Shown here: one piece after another, positions 32,849-42,698 of the stretch | How positions within the stretch are numbered: the stretch's first letter is position 1 | Layout: each line of letters begins with the position of its first letter | From: Cyanidioschyzon merolae | Lineage: Eukaryota | NCBI GenBank assembly: GCA_000091205.1 | Contig: AP006497.2 | Reading direction: 5' to 3' (one strand) | Length of the DNA stretch: 64,000 nucleotides | The notes under the pieces: generated by a model | Seen by the model: only the letters and a program-made list of their open reading frames with translations | What the model was told of the DNA's origin: nothing | Database searches by the model: none | Position numbers and translations under genes: made by a program

Positions 32849-33621
32849 TGATGTGGAGAAAACGCCCCCAACAGCTAGTCGACGTGAATGCGCGCGTAGC
32901 CAGCGTCCACTGGTACTGGCTGTTGTGCTTCTGCCCAGGATGCGTGTATACCGGTCAGTTCTGGCGCCTATGTTGCAAACCCGAGGTTGATTTTTGAGAG
33001 TCCACAGGAACGTTCCTGTTGGTGATGCGAAACTCACAGAGCGGTCGAACATAGCCTACGAATACGTCGACAGCTTACGACTCCTGCAAATGCGACTGGG
33101 GAGCGCAGTCGCACCGCGAGCCGATGCGCCTCCTGGGCAGCCGCTCGCGCTGCGCCACAGGCGCACGGCGTGTTACGAGCAGCACGCCTTGCGGCAGGCG
33201 CTGCTTCGCCTCGGCAGACCTGCTGGTCGTTTTGTGCACGAGGGTTGCAGCTGCACGTTCCATGTGGGTTGCTGAAGCGTCACGGCTGTATTGCCGTACG
33301 ATGAATGGCGGCGCATCCGGTGTTGCGCCTCACGCTAGGCGAAAGGCGACGCAGCAGTGGCACGATCCCTGGCGGGACTCGAACCGCTGCTCTCGCTACC
33401 GACTCTAGAACATAAAAGACGCACGTGTCGTGGACAGAGTTTGCATGTTTCCTGGTGAACTCCATTTGTCAAGCATGTTGGGTCGCATAGAGCGTGAGGC
33501 ACGCGCGGTTGCGTCTGTGCGGAACGCACACCCGTTTCGTTTCGGTGCTGCGCGCCCGAACGTGGACTGCGCGGTCGAGCCCCCAGACACCACGGCAGCG
33601 AACTGGATTTGGAATGGTAAC

Positions 33622-33650
33622 GATGATGGTGATGGTGATGGTGATGATGA
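33622..33650. repeat. (GATGGT)n / (GAT)n microsatellite.
   Basis: gatgatggtgatggtgatggtgatgatga is read directly. It would encode DDGDGDGDDE on the plus strand and an H9 run on the minus strand, but no supported gene contains it. Confidence 0.9.
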
Positions 33651-34089
33651 AATTCGAACTCCGAAGCAACCACAAAGGAAGTGTGCTTGATGGCCCGACA
33701 ACCGCTCGCAGTCGCATGTTCGGGATTCTCGGATCCGATGCATCAACGCCGTGCCATGGAGGCAGTGAAGAGGCGCAACCAGCAGCGAGTGCGACATGCG
33801 CGCCTGATGCTCAGCTGTCCGGGCATCATGCGGATGCCTGAAAACCCGCTCCGAAGCAGTACATCCAAAACCACGATGAATGCTGGTAAAAATGGAATGT
33901 ATTACAGCATGCATGGCGGCTGCATCGATTTGGAACTGTTGATCTGGGACCAAGATCCGGCTAGATGGATCCCAGAATACAAGTGCGAACGGCGGTGCAC
34001 GAATCGATATCCTCACCGCTTCCTATGCGCATGCATCTTTACAGCCTCCTGAACGCAACTGGACTCGAGACGGCGCTCTGTACGCAAAT

Positions 34090-34505
34090 CGTCCATGTTG
34101 TATGGTGAGGTACATGCGCTCACCGTGCCTCACCACGGAGCTTGCATCCCGCCGTCTACGCGGCACCCTGGTATCGAGCGCGCAGTCAAGGATCCCAGAA
34201 TGATCATGTATCCTGATTCCGTGTCGGGATGGAGCATTCCTTCATTCGACGCTCTCAGTGGTATGGCAAAGCCGCTCTGTCTCCGTGCAGCCTCGGTAAC
34301 AGTAATTCAGGCGCCAATGCGGGCGCTCAAAGCAGGCACCTGTCACACGACAGAACATACGAAACGACCAATACATCCGAGAACAAACAATGGAACTTGG
34401 AGGTAAGATGCAGCATGATGGACACTTCTTCGATTACCATTACCCATCCGGCAATATGGGATTCATGGTCAATGTAAACGTTTTGTCATCGAAAAAATCA
34501 GTGTA
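34090..34505 (+). mobile_element. 5'-truncated non-LTR retrotransposon 3'-end copy (C2, diverged subfamily).
   Basis: It aligns with the LINE 3' end and with copies C1, C3 and C4 (see C1 evidence). It ends with gtcaatgtaaacgttttgtcatcgaaaaaat. Confidence 0.55.
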
Positions 34506-35699
34506 CCATTTTCATCGCGTCCGGGGTGAAGGGCGAAGCACCGGTTGGTGCATCAAAAACAGTGTTGTGTCCCTAGACTGACGCAAGTTTTGGATAAAAA
34601 CGGGCGTTTACATCTTGTATGTGGACGCGTGCTCGCAACTGAACTCGCTCTAGCACGTTGCTTGCAAACACATAACTACCCGTACATAGTAGACACGGTT
34701 CCAAGGTAGCTTCAGCGTTACCGGGAAAGCCACCGAGCCTAGTTGCAGCGCAACGTGAAGCAGTTGTCACTTGCCTGCATCTGTTCAGGACAACTGAACG
34801 AGACAGTTTTCAAGTTGTCCACAGTTTAGGCTCAGTTAGCGAGAGGAATACCGTTGAACAGCGCCAGGTACCTGTCCAGAGTCATACCTCCCGTATCTGT
34901 AGTACATCCGCTGGAACGCTTGAGGCAGTTCTCTGCCAGCGCTCATGCGAGCCGTCGGCTACAGCCCTGTGGTGCCGCGGGACTCTTTAAACGCGGTAGA
35001 AATGGCAGCAGCAAACACTGCAGAATGATAAATAACAACAAAAGAAACCGGTCACAAACTATACATGAAAGAACAACTATCTTAACGCCCCATGCACCAC
35101 GTCCGCCTAGGAGGTCTAGTATTTCCGGAGGAGCTCTGAAAGTGGGTTAACACGGGGTGCTTGGGCGACGGCGAAGGAAGCCCACACCAGGGACCTTGAC
35201 CGTAACGAACGGAGGCGCGGAGGCAGTTGCAGCAGAGAATGATGACGAGAATTCTGAGCAGTTATCCGCTGCTCTCGAAACAACGCTGCGGGTTCCGGCG
35301 CAAATCCTGGATCCATCCTTGAACTCGGGCTACGTTTTACCTCCTACCTTGGCTACCTACCTCAACTTTGGAAGCAATCTCGGCGGATTCTGCGGAAGAC
35401 GGCTGGCAGCATGTTCGCGGTCGAAGCTGGAATGAGCGACTTACCCGCCTACGTGTTTGGGGAGCGGATACGAAGCCGCTGAAAGGGTGGTTTGCAGACT
35501 GTTCCCAGTGATTGAGGGGAGCTTCACGTGTCCGGCAAGATAAAGGTCGCATTCGAATCGACCTTGACTAGAGTCCTTCTGATTCTACGCTAGCGCTGCA
35601 GCAGACACTCAGTGAACGACTGGAATGCAGGAGGCAATGGTGGCGTGTGCGTTCTCACACCCTGGGGAGGGTGCATCTAAATTGACGACGTATCTCTGG

Positions 35700-38600
35700 A
35701 GTACCGCAGCGCTATTCCTATTCCCTTATGCGCTACGACTCGATAGGTTTCGCATCATGGAATATTTGTGGGATAACCTCGAAACTATACGACGAGATAT
35801 CGAATTACCAGTACAGTAATGAAGAACTGATACACGTCGAGGACTGTACAAAAGGAAAAGAGATCCAACGGGATACGGAGAAGGAGACACAGAAACCTCA
35901 TGATCCACCTAGATGCAAAATAACCAGAGAAAGCAGCTCAGGAAAGAGCCCGAAGAAGAAGAAGACCAGCAAGAAAAAAACAGAAGAATAGAAAAAAGAA
36001 CTCCCAAACGAGCCCATCACAAGTTATCCCCTGAAAGGGCACCCCAGCGGGAACTCAAGAAAGCCGTCGCCGAACCCAGGCACCTGCTCACAGCGCTGAA
36101 GATCCGAAATGCCGTGCATGCAAATCTTTAGACCAATTGGCACGCGAGTTTGTAGATGGGAATCAGAAGACTGCCAGAGAACTGGGACTGCTTGCACCAG
36201 AACACAACAGTTGCAAACCTCAGTACCTCAAACGACGTACCAAAACTCGGATTGATGAATGCCACCGACTCAATAAGATCCTCAACCGCACCGCCATACG
36301 CGCCAACGCCGGAGACAAGGAAGCGAAGGCAGTCCCAACGGCGCTACAGGCACAACATGAGGAAGCTATCAAAAGAAAGAAGAAACGTTCCAGAGAAGAC
36401 AAACGAGGGGATCGAAACCGCAAAATCGCCTCCCTGGCGAAATCTATGCTCGAGAGCACCACCGAAGATGAGACCTGGCGCTACATTCGATCGAGACTGG
36501 ACCCACCAAAAAAGTGCTTGGGGCTCACACCAATCGTTTATAAGAAAGCGCTGAGGACGGAGAGTGCCTCAGTGAATGAGGCCTGGACGGACCACGGCAC
36601 AGAATTACATGAAGACGCAACTGGGCACTGCCGAAACCGAAACTATTGGCACCAATATGCTGCAGAACTACCACGCCTCGACCCGGTACCGGAATGGAAC
36701 GACCCAATCTTCTGGCCTGAATCTGTTCGGGCCCTGTTAAGCTCATGCAACCGCAAAACACCTGGCATTGACGGTATCGCTGCCGAGTGGATGAAACTGG
36801 TGATCCCAAAATACGAGACAACAGGGACACCATCGATACCAGATAAACCTGACACAATCTTAGGCAAACGCCTTCTGGAGCTCATCCAACGCATGTTTGA
36901 AGAAGCCTACATCCCTGATGTATGGAGGGCTGCCGAGGTCGCACCGATCCTCAAAAAGGACTCCCACATACACAGACACGAACAACTACCGGCCTATCGG
37001 CCTCATCCCGTCAATCATGAAGCTACTTTTGCGCCAACCTCACGAACCGGATCCAGAGAGGCCTCGAGGAACGCAAGTTCTTCGCCCCAGGGAGGGCTGG
37101 ATTCCGGAGCCGCGAGGAGTGCATGAGCCATGCCCTGACCCTCACTGAAGTGGCGCAACGTCGCTTTATTCGTGACCGACAACCAACTTACGTATGCTTC
37201 ATTGACTTCCAAAAGGCCTTTGACACGGTCCCGCACGAGGCCCTATTTTTGAAGATGGAACGAGCCGGAGTCTCCGCAAAGTGCTTGGCGTTCTTCCGTG
37301 CGCTCTCTGCAGACTCGTGGATGCGCATCCGACTGGGCGACGGCTGAAGAACCCCTTCCATAAGAATCCGCCGTGGACTGCGGCAGGGCGAGCGCGCATC
37401 CCCGCTCCGTTTTAACATCTTCATCAACGATCTGCTGAACAACTGCAGACAATTCGCGGCTGAGGCGCCGTGGATAGACTGTGGAGATGCTCGGTGAGGA
37501 GCGCCCACATGGGAACTGCCTCGAAGGCCTTCTACTTGCGGACGATGTCGTGCTGTTGGCACCCGCCCTGGAAACGCTTGCGGCTAGCATGGAACAAGTC
37601 AGCGCCTGGGCCGATCGCTGGGAGATGAACGTAGGAGCATCGAAGTGCGGCGTCATGGTCATCCATGGAGACTCGCAGAGCATTCGCAATCGCTCGTGGC
37701 GGTTGCAGAATCAGGAAATTCCGATCGTGGAAAAATATCGCTACCTGGGGGTCGGTCTCACGCCGACGCTCGACGAAAAGGCACACGTCGACGTGGTGAT
37801 CGCCAAGATGCATAGACGTACAGCGATCGCACGCCCAGTCCTATCCGACCCCTCTATCCCCTTAGCAATCCGTACCAGGGCACGAAGGATGTGTATCATC
37901 CAGCCTGCGACCTGGGGTGCTGAATGGTGCGGCATGAAGCACCCAAATGCCTCGCGTCTGCAGACAGCCGCCAACAGGGCAATGAGACTCGTTGTTGTTG
38001 GATGCTCAGTGCAGAGCAGAGCAACCACCCCGCTGGCACTCGGACCTGAACTCCAAATACTCTCAATAGAAGCGATAGCACCAGGTTGCCGGGCACGCAT
38101 ACGGGCCAAAGGGCGCACTATGCGCACCTCTTTGAGTCGGGTTTTCATGCAGACCCCAACGCACCGCAAGAACACTTGGATGAAATCAACGCAGATTTGG
38201 GTGAAGCGCCTCTTAGGAGACAACATGCTCCAATCGTTCCCCAGGAATACAGAATTCTCCCGTCGCCTGAAGCGAACGGTCCAAACAACAGTACGGGAAT
38301 GTAGACATGCAGTCAGTCGCGCCCTTAACGCCGGCTTGACTCTATACCGGAACTACAACCTAGCATACACATGCAAGTACTGGTGGGAGGCGCTGGAGTT
38401 CCCGGGACTTGCTCGAGGTACCCAGTGGCTCGCGAAAATCCGCGTTGGTGGCTTCTGGCTACCAGCACGGGCTCTAAGCCGTATGGGAACACTGGAATCG
38501 CACTGGGAATCACACTGTCCCTGCTGTGGGGATGAGACCCCCAAGACGCTGACATATTTAGGCTTACAGTGCCCGCGCTGGATGCAGGAGCGCAACGAGC

Positions 38601-39300
38601 TCCTTGAAGGACAGCAGCAGCTGGGCATCATCGTGATAGCCGAAGGCCGGACACTCACTCTGAGTGTAGCACTGGCAACTGATGGTCCGCTAACGGAGCC
38701 TCAGCGCTCATTAATGGCGAACAAACTCACATGCTACCTTCTAGAAAAAAGGGTCCAGCGAATCGGATGCGAACACGGGTTTAGTGTTCTTTGTGCCTAC
38801 CCACTGGTGGGTGTCAAGCACAAACCCGCATTGCCAACCGACAACAACGCATTCCATGCATGATCACGAAGGAGAGAGGCGGCTCCCAGGATATATCCGA
38901 ACAGCCATGTTTCTCCAGCGTGTCGTGCAGCGAAGGCAAGCCTGCATCCGCAGACTGTCCAAGCACAAACTGACGTCGAGTTCCGATTCTACGTCGGGTG
39001 AAACACGCCTCGAGCCGACGCCCGCTGTGGTACGGTAACGCCGTTCTAGCTCGATGAACTATCTGCTCTAGCGTTCAAGCGCAAAGGCGAATATCGAACG
39101 GCAGGTACGAGGCACACACGATAGGACGTATGAAACGACCGGAATATCCGAGAAGAAGTATAGGTAATGGAACTTGGAAGTAGGCTGTTTGATGGATACT
39201 TCACCGCGCATTGGAAAACACAAAAAAAGTAAGAAAAGAAAAATGCGCATAATCGGAGAACGCTGGCCAAAGTAAACGTTTCGTCAATGAAAAAAATGCC
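35700..39300 (+). mobile_element. Degenerate LINE-like non-LTR retrotransposon (about 3.6 kb). It has an APE-endonuclease remnant at the 5' end, a frameshifted reverse transcriptase and a 3' tail.
   Basis: SWNICGI at about 35750 resembles the start of the L1-type AP endonuclease domain (SWN.NG). RT motifs lie in four different frames: PGIDGIAAEWMKLV...VWRAAEVAPILKK (motif 0/1), TNNYRPIGLIPSIMKLL (motif 2), FIDFQKAFDTVPHEAL (motif 3) and LLLADDVVLLA (YxDD-type motif 5). The 3' end at 38.9-39.3 kb is shared with five truncated copies elsewhere in the window. The boundaries are approximate. Confidence 0.8.
36137..38863 (+). pseudogene. LINE ORF2 reverse transcriptase region, inactivated by at least three frameshifts.
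   Basis: Track ORFs 36137..37126 (frame 2), 36897..37148 (frame 0), 37123..37347 (frame 1) and 37481..38863 (frame 2) each carry consecutive RT motifs in the canonical order. Confidence 0.8.
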
Positions 39301-39508
39301 GCAGTTGAAGGGAAACGTGATCTTGATATCTAGCATGTAGCTCTAATGTAAACGCTGTATTTTCGTTACCTTCATAGCCAAGTATAGTTTTCAGTTCATT
39401 GGAGTTCCAAACCTCAAACATGTGTATTCAATTGTTTTGTCGCAGTATATAACAGAAGCGTTCAAGGAGCTTTCTTTTTCAAAAAAAAAAAACTAAAAAA
39501 GGAAAGTT

Positions 39509-41660
39509 ATGAAAAAGCAAGTCGACAATCCTGGAGGCCGAGGGTCGTCGGCTGCCAAAAAAAAAACAAAAAACTCTGCCGAGTCCAGAAGAAAAGGAAG
39601 AGAAGAAGGACCGAAAGGAGGAGGCTCTCCGTCGAAGGCGGCAAGAAAGACGAATGTACGACGAGATGGTTGTGAAAGCCGGTTTTCTTAAACATATCAA
39701 GGATCCGTACAGGGAAAACTTGCGTGACGCTTTCGAAAAACGTGTCGACTCGTACTCCAAGAGTACTGTGAAGGCGTCGTCAGGGCTGATGCATTTGGTG
39801 AGCGAGATGTATCGCGACGTGACGCACATGGAAACGGTCGAGATTCGGGGCGAGTCTCTCGACATCGCCTTTATTCGTCACCTGATGCTTGATACAGGTG
39901 AAGCGCGGAGGGAAAATGTGCTAGTGCATGCCCTCCACGAAAAACATCCCTTTGACGGGTTCGAGGGTACTCGGTACAAGGGTGACCGGAATATTTACGA
40001 CTATGGGGCCATGAAGTAACTCACGAATCTGAAGAACCGTTTGACAGTGAACCTCGAACGTTTCATGATACGCGCCGTGTTTGCGCTCTACCCGGGCATC
40101 TCTCGCAAAGGAAAATGGGCGATTATCAATGGCATCACGAACGATCGCAAACATGAAGATGAGGTCGAATTTGTCGACAAGAAGGCGTCAAACGAGAACA
40201 CGAATGCAGCTTCTGTCATCCGTGCGGCTATAAAAGAGCATCGTGCAGTCTCGGGGCTGACGAACCCAACAGAAAAGGTATTAGATTTGAAAAAAGATAA
40301 GGAAAGATACGATCGCCTCGTCCTACGGTATTTCGTGTTTTAGGACCGAGAGCTCGAACGCAAGGCAGAGATGAAGCAGAGCGAGGAAAAAAATGAAGAG
40401 TGGGAGAGACGGAAGGCGTTCCTAATGGGGAAGCGCTTCAACGTCGTTCCAATATGCAACATCAAGTCACATTTCGTGACTGTCGACTCCGGCGTCCTTT
40501 ACGGCATCATGAAGGAGATCGGTCCGGAGTTCAACGTTAGCAGGGAGGAGTTCTCCAATGAAGCCCGTGAGACGTACTGGAAGAGTATCTTCGATTTCAA
40601 ACGTCTCAAAGTAAGCAAACAAAAGGTATTCACTGGGATGATCGAAACCGATGGGATGGCCATGTGTGTACACTATCGGCGGTTGAAGAAAGATCGTCCA
40701 GTCCCGCCCTCGGCAGCGCCCGTGACGAAGGATGAAGAAAAGGAGGAGGCTGGTCCTGCGACTCGGCAGGTAGAGGATAACGACCTTGTCGTTGGCTCGG
40801 TGAAGCATGAGGATGAGAAGGAGGCGGATCCTGCCACACAGAAAGTGCAGGATAACGACATTGTCGTCGGCACAGCCCCCGGAAACACTAATATCATAAC
40901 CATCTCTGTACCAAAGCGTGCGGAAGATGGTACTGATGGTAACTTATGTCAGAAAGACATGCGTCTTTTGAGGTTCTCGAGAGCGAGATACTATAGAGAA
41001 TCCGGTATAATGAATGCGAGGGAGAAAATTGGTACGTGGAATGCAGGAATGAAGGATCACCTGGAAGCTTTGAGCGAGATGACTAGCCGAGGAGCGGACT
41101 TTCAAGCTTTTCGGGAGTTCATGGAAGTTCGCGTTGCTCGTTGGGATGCACTGTGGAAAGAGTATACAAAGCCTCGGTGGGCTCGTCTACGTATGAATCT
41201 ATTCGGTGGGAGGCAGCGAGCGTCCGCGAACTTTTTCAATCAGTTGAGTGCCCTCAAAGAGGACAAGACTCAAAGGCTCGTAGTAGCATATGGAGCAGGG
41301 CGCTGGAAGACCCAAAAAGAAACTATGCCAGCTCCAACGACAAGAACATACAAGGAGTGTGCACGGCGTTTCGTTACGATACCTGTAGATGAGTTCCGAA
41401 CGTCCTAAACACAGCATGAACTGGGTTGTACACTTCAGAGCGTCGAGATGGAAAAGTGCCAGCGGAGTGCTGAGGATATAGCAACGTACGGACCGCTGAC
41501 GGAGGAGCTAATGGAAAGGAGGGCGAAAGTTCGGGGACTACTCGCATTAGTAAGTACAACCAGCGATGGCAAGAAACGTATGGAGTTTGTTCAACGAGAC
41601 TTTAACGCTACCATGAATATTCGAAGAGGTGCGGTGTTGGAGAAAAGACCTCCAGAGTGA
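39509..41660 (+). pseudogene. TnpB/Fanzor-like (RuvC-type) ORF of about 715 aa if read through. It is degenerate, with one frameshift in an A-run and three in-frame stop codons, and it lies about 200 bp downstream of the LINE 3' end.
   Basis: Five same-frame segments (39513-39653, 39654-40019, 40041-40343, 40371-41408, 41448-41660) are separated only by single in-frame stops. The ATG at 39509 is one frame off, next to the A10 run at 39556-39566. Segment ends read ...RRFVTIPVDEFRTS (compare TnpB ...VdP.yTSq before the zinc finger) and ...QRDFNATMNIRRGAV (compare TnpB RuvC-III DADvNAAiNI.rrG). A candidate RuvC-I reads [15 protein letters not shown] (compare Fanzor GIDPGvrNlaT, with the catalytic Asp replaced by Ala). 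The Zn-finger cysteines are mostly absent. The N-terminus is Lys/Glu-rich low complexity. There is an internal 24-aa tandem repeat ([15 protein letters not shown] / [15 protein letters not shown]). Confidence 0.45.
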
Positions 41661-41831
41661 ACAAGAAAGAACTTTATTGGACAACATCTCAAAGTCGATT
41701 TATATGAGAAGAAGTTGGAACCAGCAGTGGGTGGCCGGTCCAAAAAGACGGGGAGGCGTGTTTGCACTTCAGTTGGAGACGCTTTTGCTAGGGCACGTTC
41801 ACCACCACTCCTGTACACCGGTGGCGATGGC

Positions 41832-42698
41832 ATGCAGCCTAGGAGACGGTATCGAGGCCACGCAACCATAAACGAGGAACGACATCGTGCAGCACAGTTC
41901 GCCACTGCTGCTTCTGGGTATGTCGAAGAGAGGGAGGCGGCGCTTCGTGAGCAGTGCGTCGTTTTCCAGGGAAAGTTGCAGGCGTTTGCGAGAGAGCACC
42001 GACGGGAGATAGAGTCTGATGGCGCGCTTCGGACTCGTTTTCTGGAACTCTGTATGAACCTTGGTGTTGAGCCGTTTTTGTCTCGCCGCTCAGTATGGTC
42101 GCAACTGCTGGGACTCAGTGAGTGGTACGCCCGACTCGGGTTTCTGGTCGCGCAGATCGCTTTGGCGACACGGGACTGGAACGGTGGTGTCATTCGTCTG
42201 ACGGTTCTCCGAAGGGCGCTCCAGCGACGTCTGGACGTAGACTGTGGCACTCAGGAACCCAGTGAGAAACGCGCACGCATCGTATCCAACGACGATATCG
42301 CACGCGCAGTTCGAACCCTGGAGCGATTGAGGGCAGGGTTTCGGATCATCAGTATTGATGAAGGTAAAAAGGAGTGTTGCCTTGTCTCGGGAGCGGCTGG
42401 CGAGATCAGTTTTACAGAAGACGAGAAAGCCGTGTTGCAGCGTGCACGAGCAACAGGCGGTTCGATTTGTCGACAAGACCTGCCATGGGAGAATATTCGA
42501 TGGGGGCGATCCATAGAGCGTCTGCTCCAGCTGGGCATTCTGTGGGTCGATGACGGCGCAAGTGATGGCCAGCGACGATACTGGGCCCTCGGGCTGATCC
42601 CAGAATCCATCGAGGATCAGAATCCAGTTTCCGAGTCGGGCCCCAGCGATCGATACGAAGGTCGCCCCATAACCTCAGTGGCGTCTAAGCTCCCGTGA
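41832..42698 (+). CDS. SNF8: ESCRT-II subunit VPS22/SNF8 (EAP30), 288 aa from the ATG at 41832. The track ORF starts at 41715.
   Basis: ATG verified at 41832. ...QGKLQAFAREHRREIESDGALRTRFLELCMNLGVEPF...ALATRDWNGGVIRLTVL...DDIARAVRTLERLRAGFRIISI...RYWALGLI is collinear with human SNF8 (LEEFASKHKQEIRKNPEFRVQFQDMCATIGVDPL...LKHRNGGLITLEEL...DDLIRAIKKLKALGTGFGIIPV...HYWLPAL). Confidence 0.85.
   Translation: MQPRRRYRGHATINEERHRAAQFATAASGYVEEREAALREQCVVFQGKLQAFAREHRREIESDGALRTRFLELCMNLGVEPFLSRRSVWSQLLGLSEWYARLGFLVAQIALATRDWNGGVIRLTVLRRALQRRLDVDCGTQEPSEKRARIVSNDDIARAVRTLERLRAGFRIISIDEGKKECCLVSGAAGEISFTEDEKAVLQRARATGGSICRQDLPWENIRWGRSIERLLQLGILWVDDGASDGQRRYWALGLIPESIEDQNPVSESGPSDRYEGRPITSVASKLP

Noticed and set aside
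33365-33420. tRNA-like T-arm/acceptor sequence on the minus strand (GGTTCGAGTCCCGCC...), preceded by a D-loop-like AGTCGGTAGCG
   Set aside because: I could not fold a complete cloverleaf. No 5' acceptor strand is complementary to the 3' end, the T-stem pairs only 4 bp with an 8-nt loop, and there is no anticodon arm. It is at best a tRNA-derived fragment or a chance match, so I am not reporting it as a tRNA gene.
40017-41450. Possibility that the three in-frame stops in the TnpB/Fanzor-like ORF mark tiny introns or an alternative genetic code
   Set aside because: The gaps are 22-40 nt and have no GT..AG boundaries giving a multiple of 3. TAA, TAG and TGA all terminate well-conserved genes in this window (for example TAG for the ABC permease and RpiA, TGA for VPS4), so stop-codon reassignment is unlikely. 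A pseudogene is the simplest reading.
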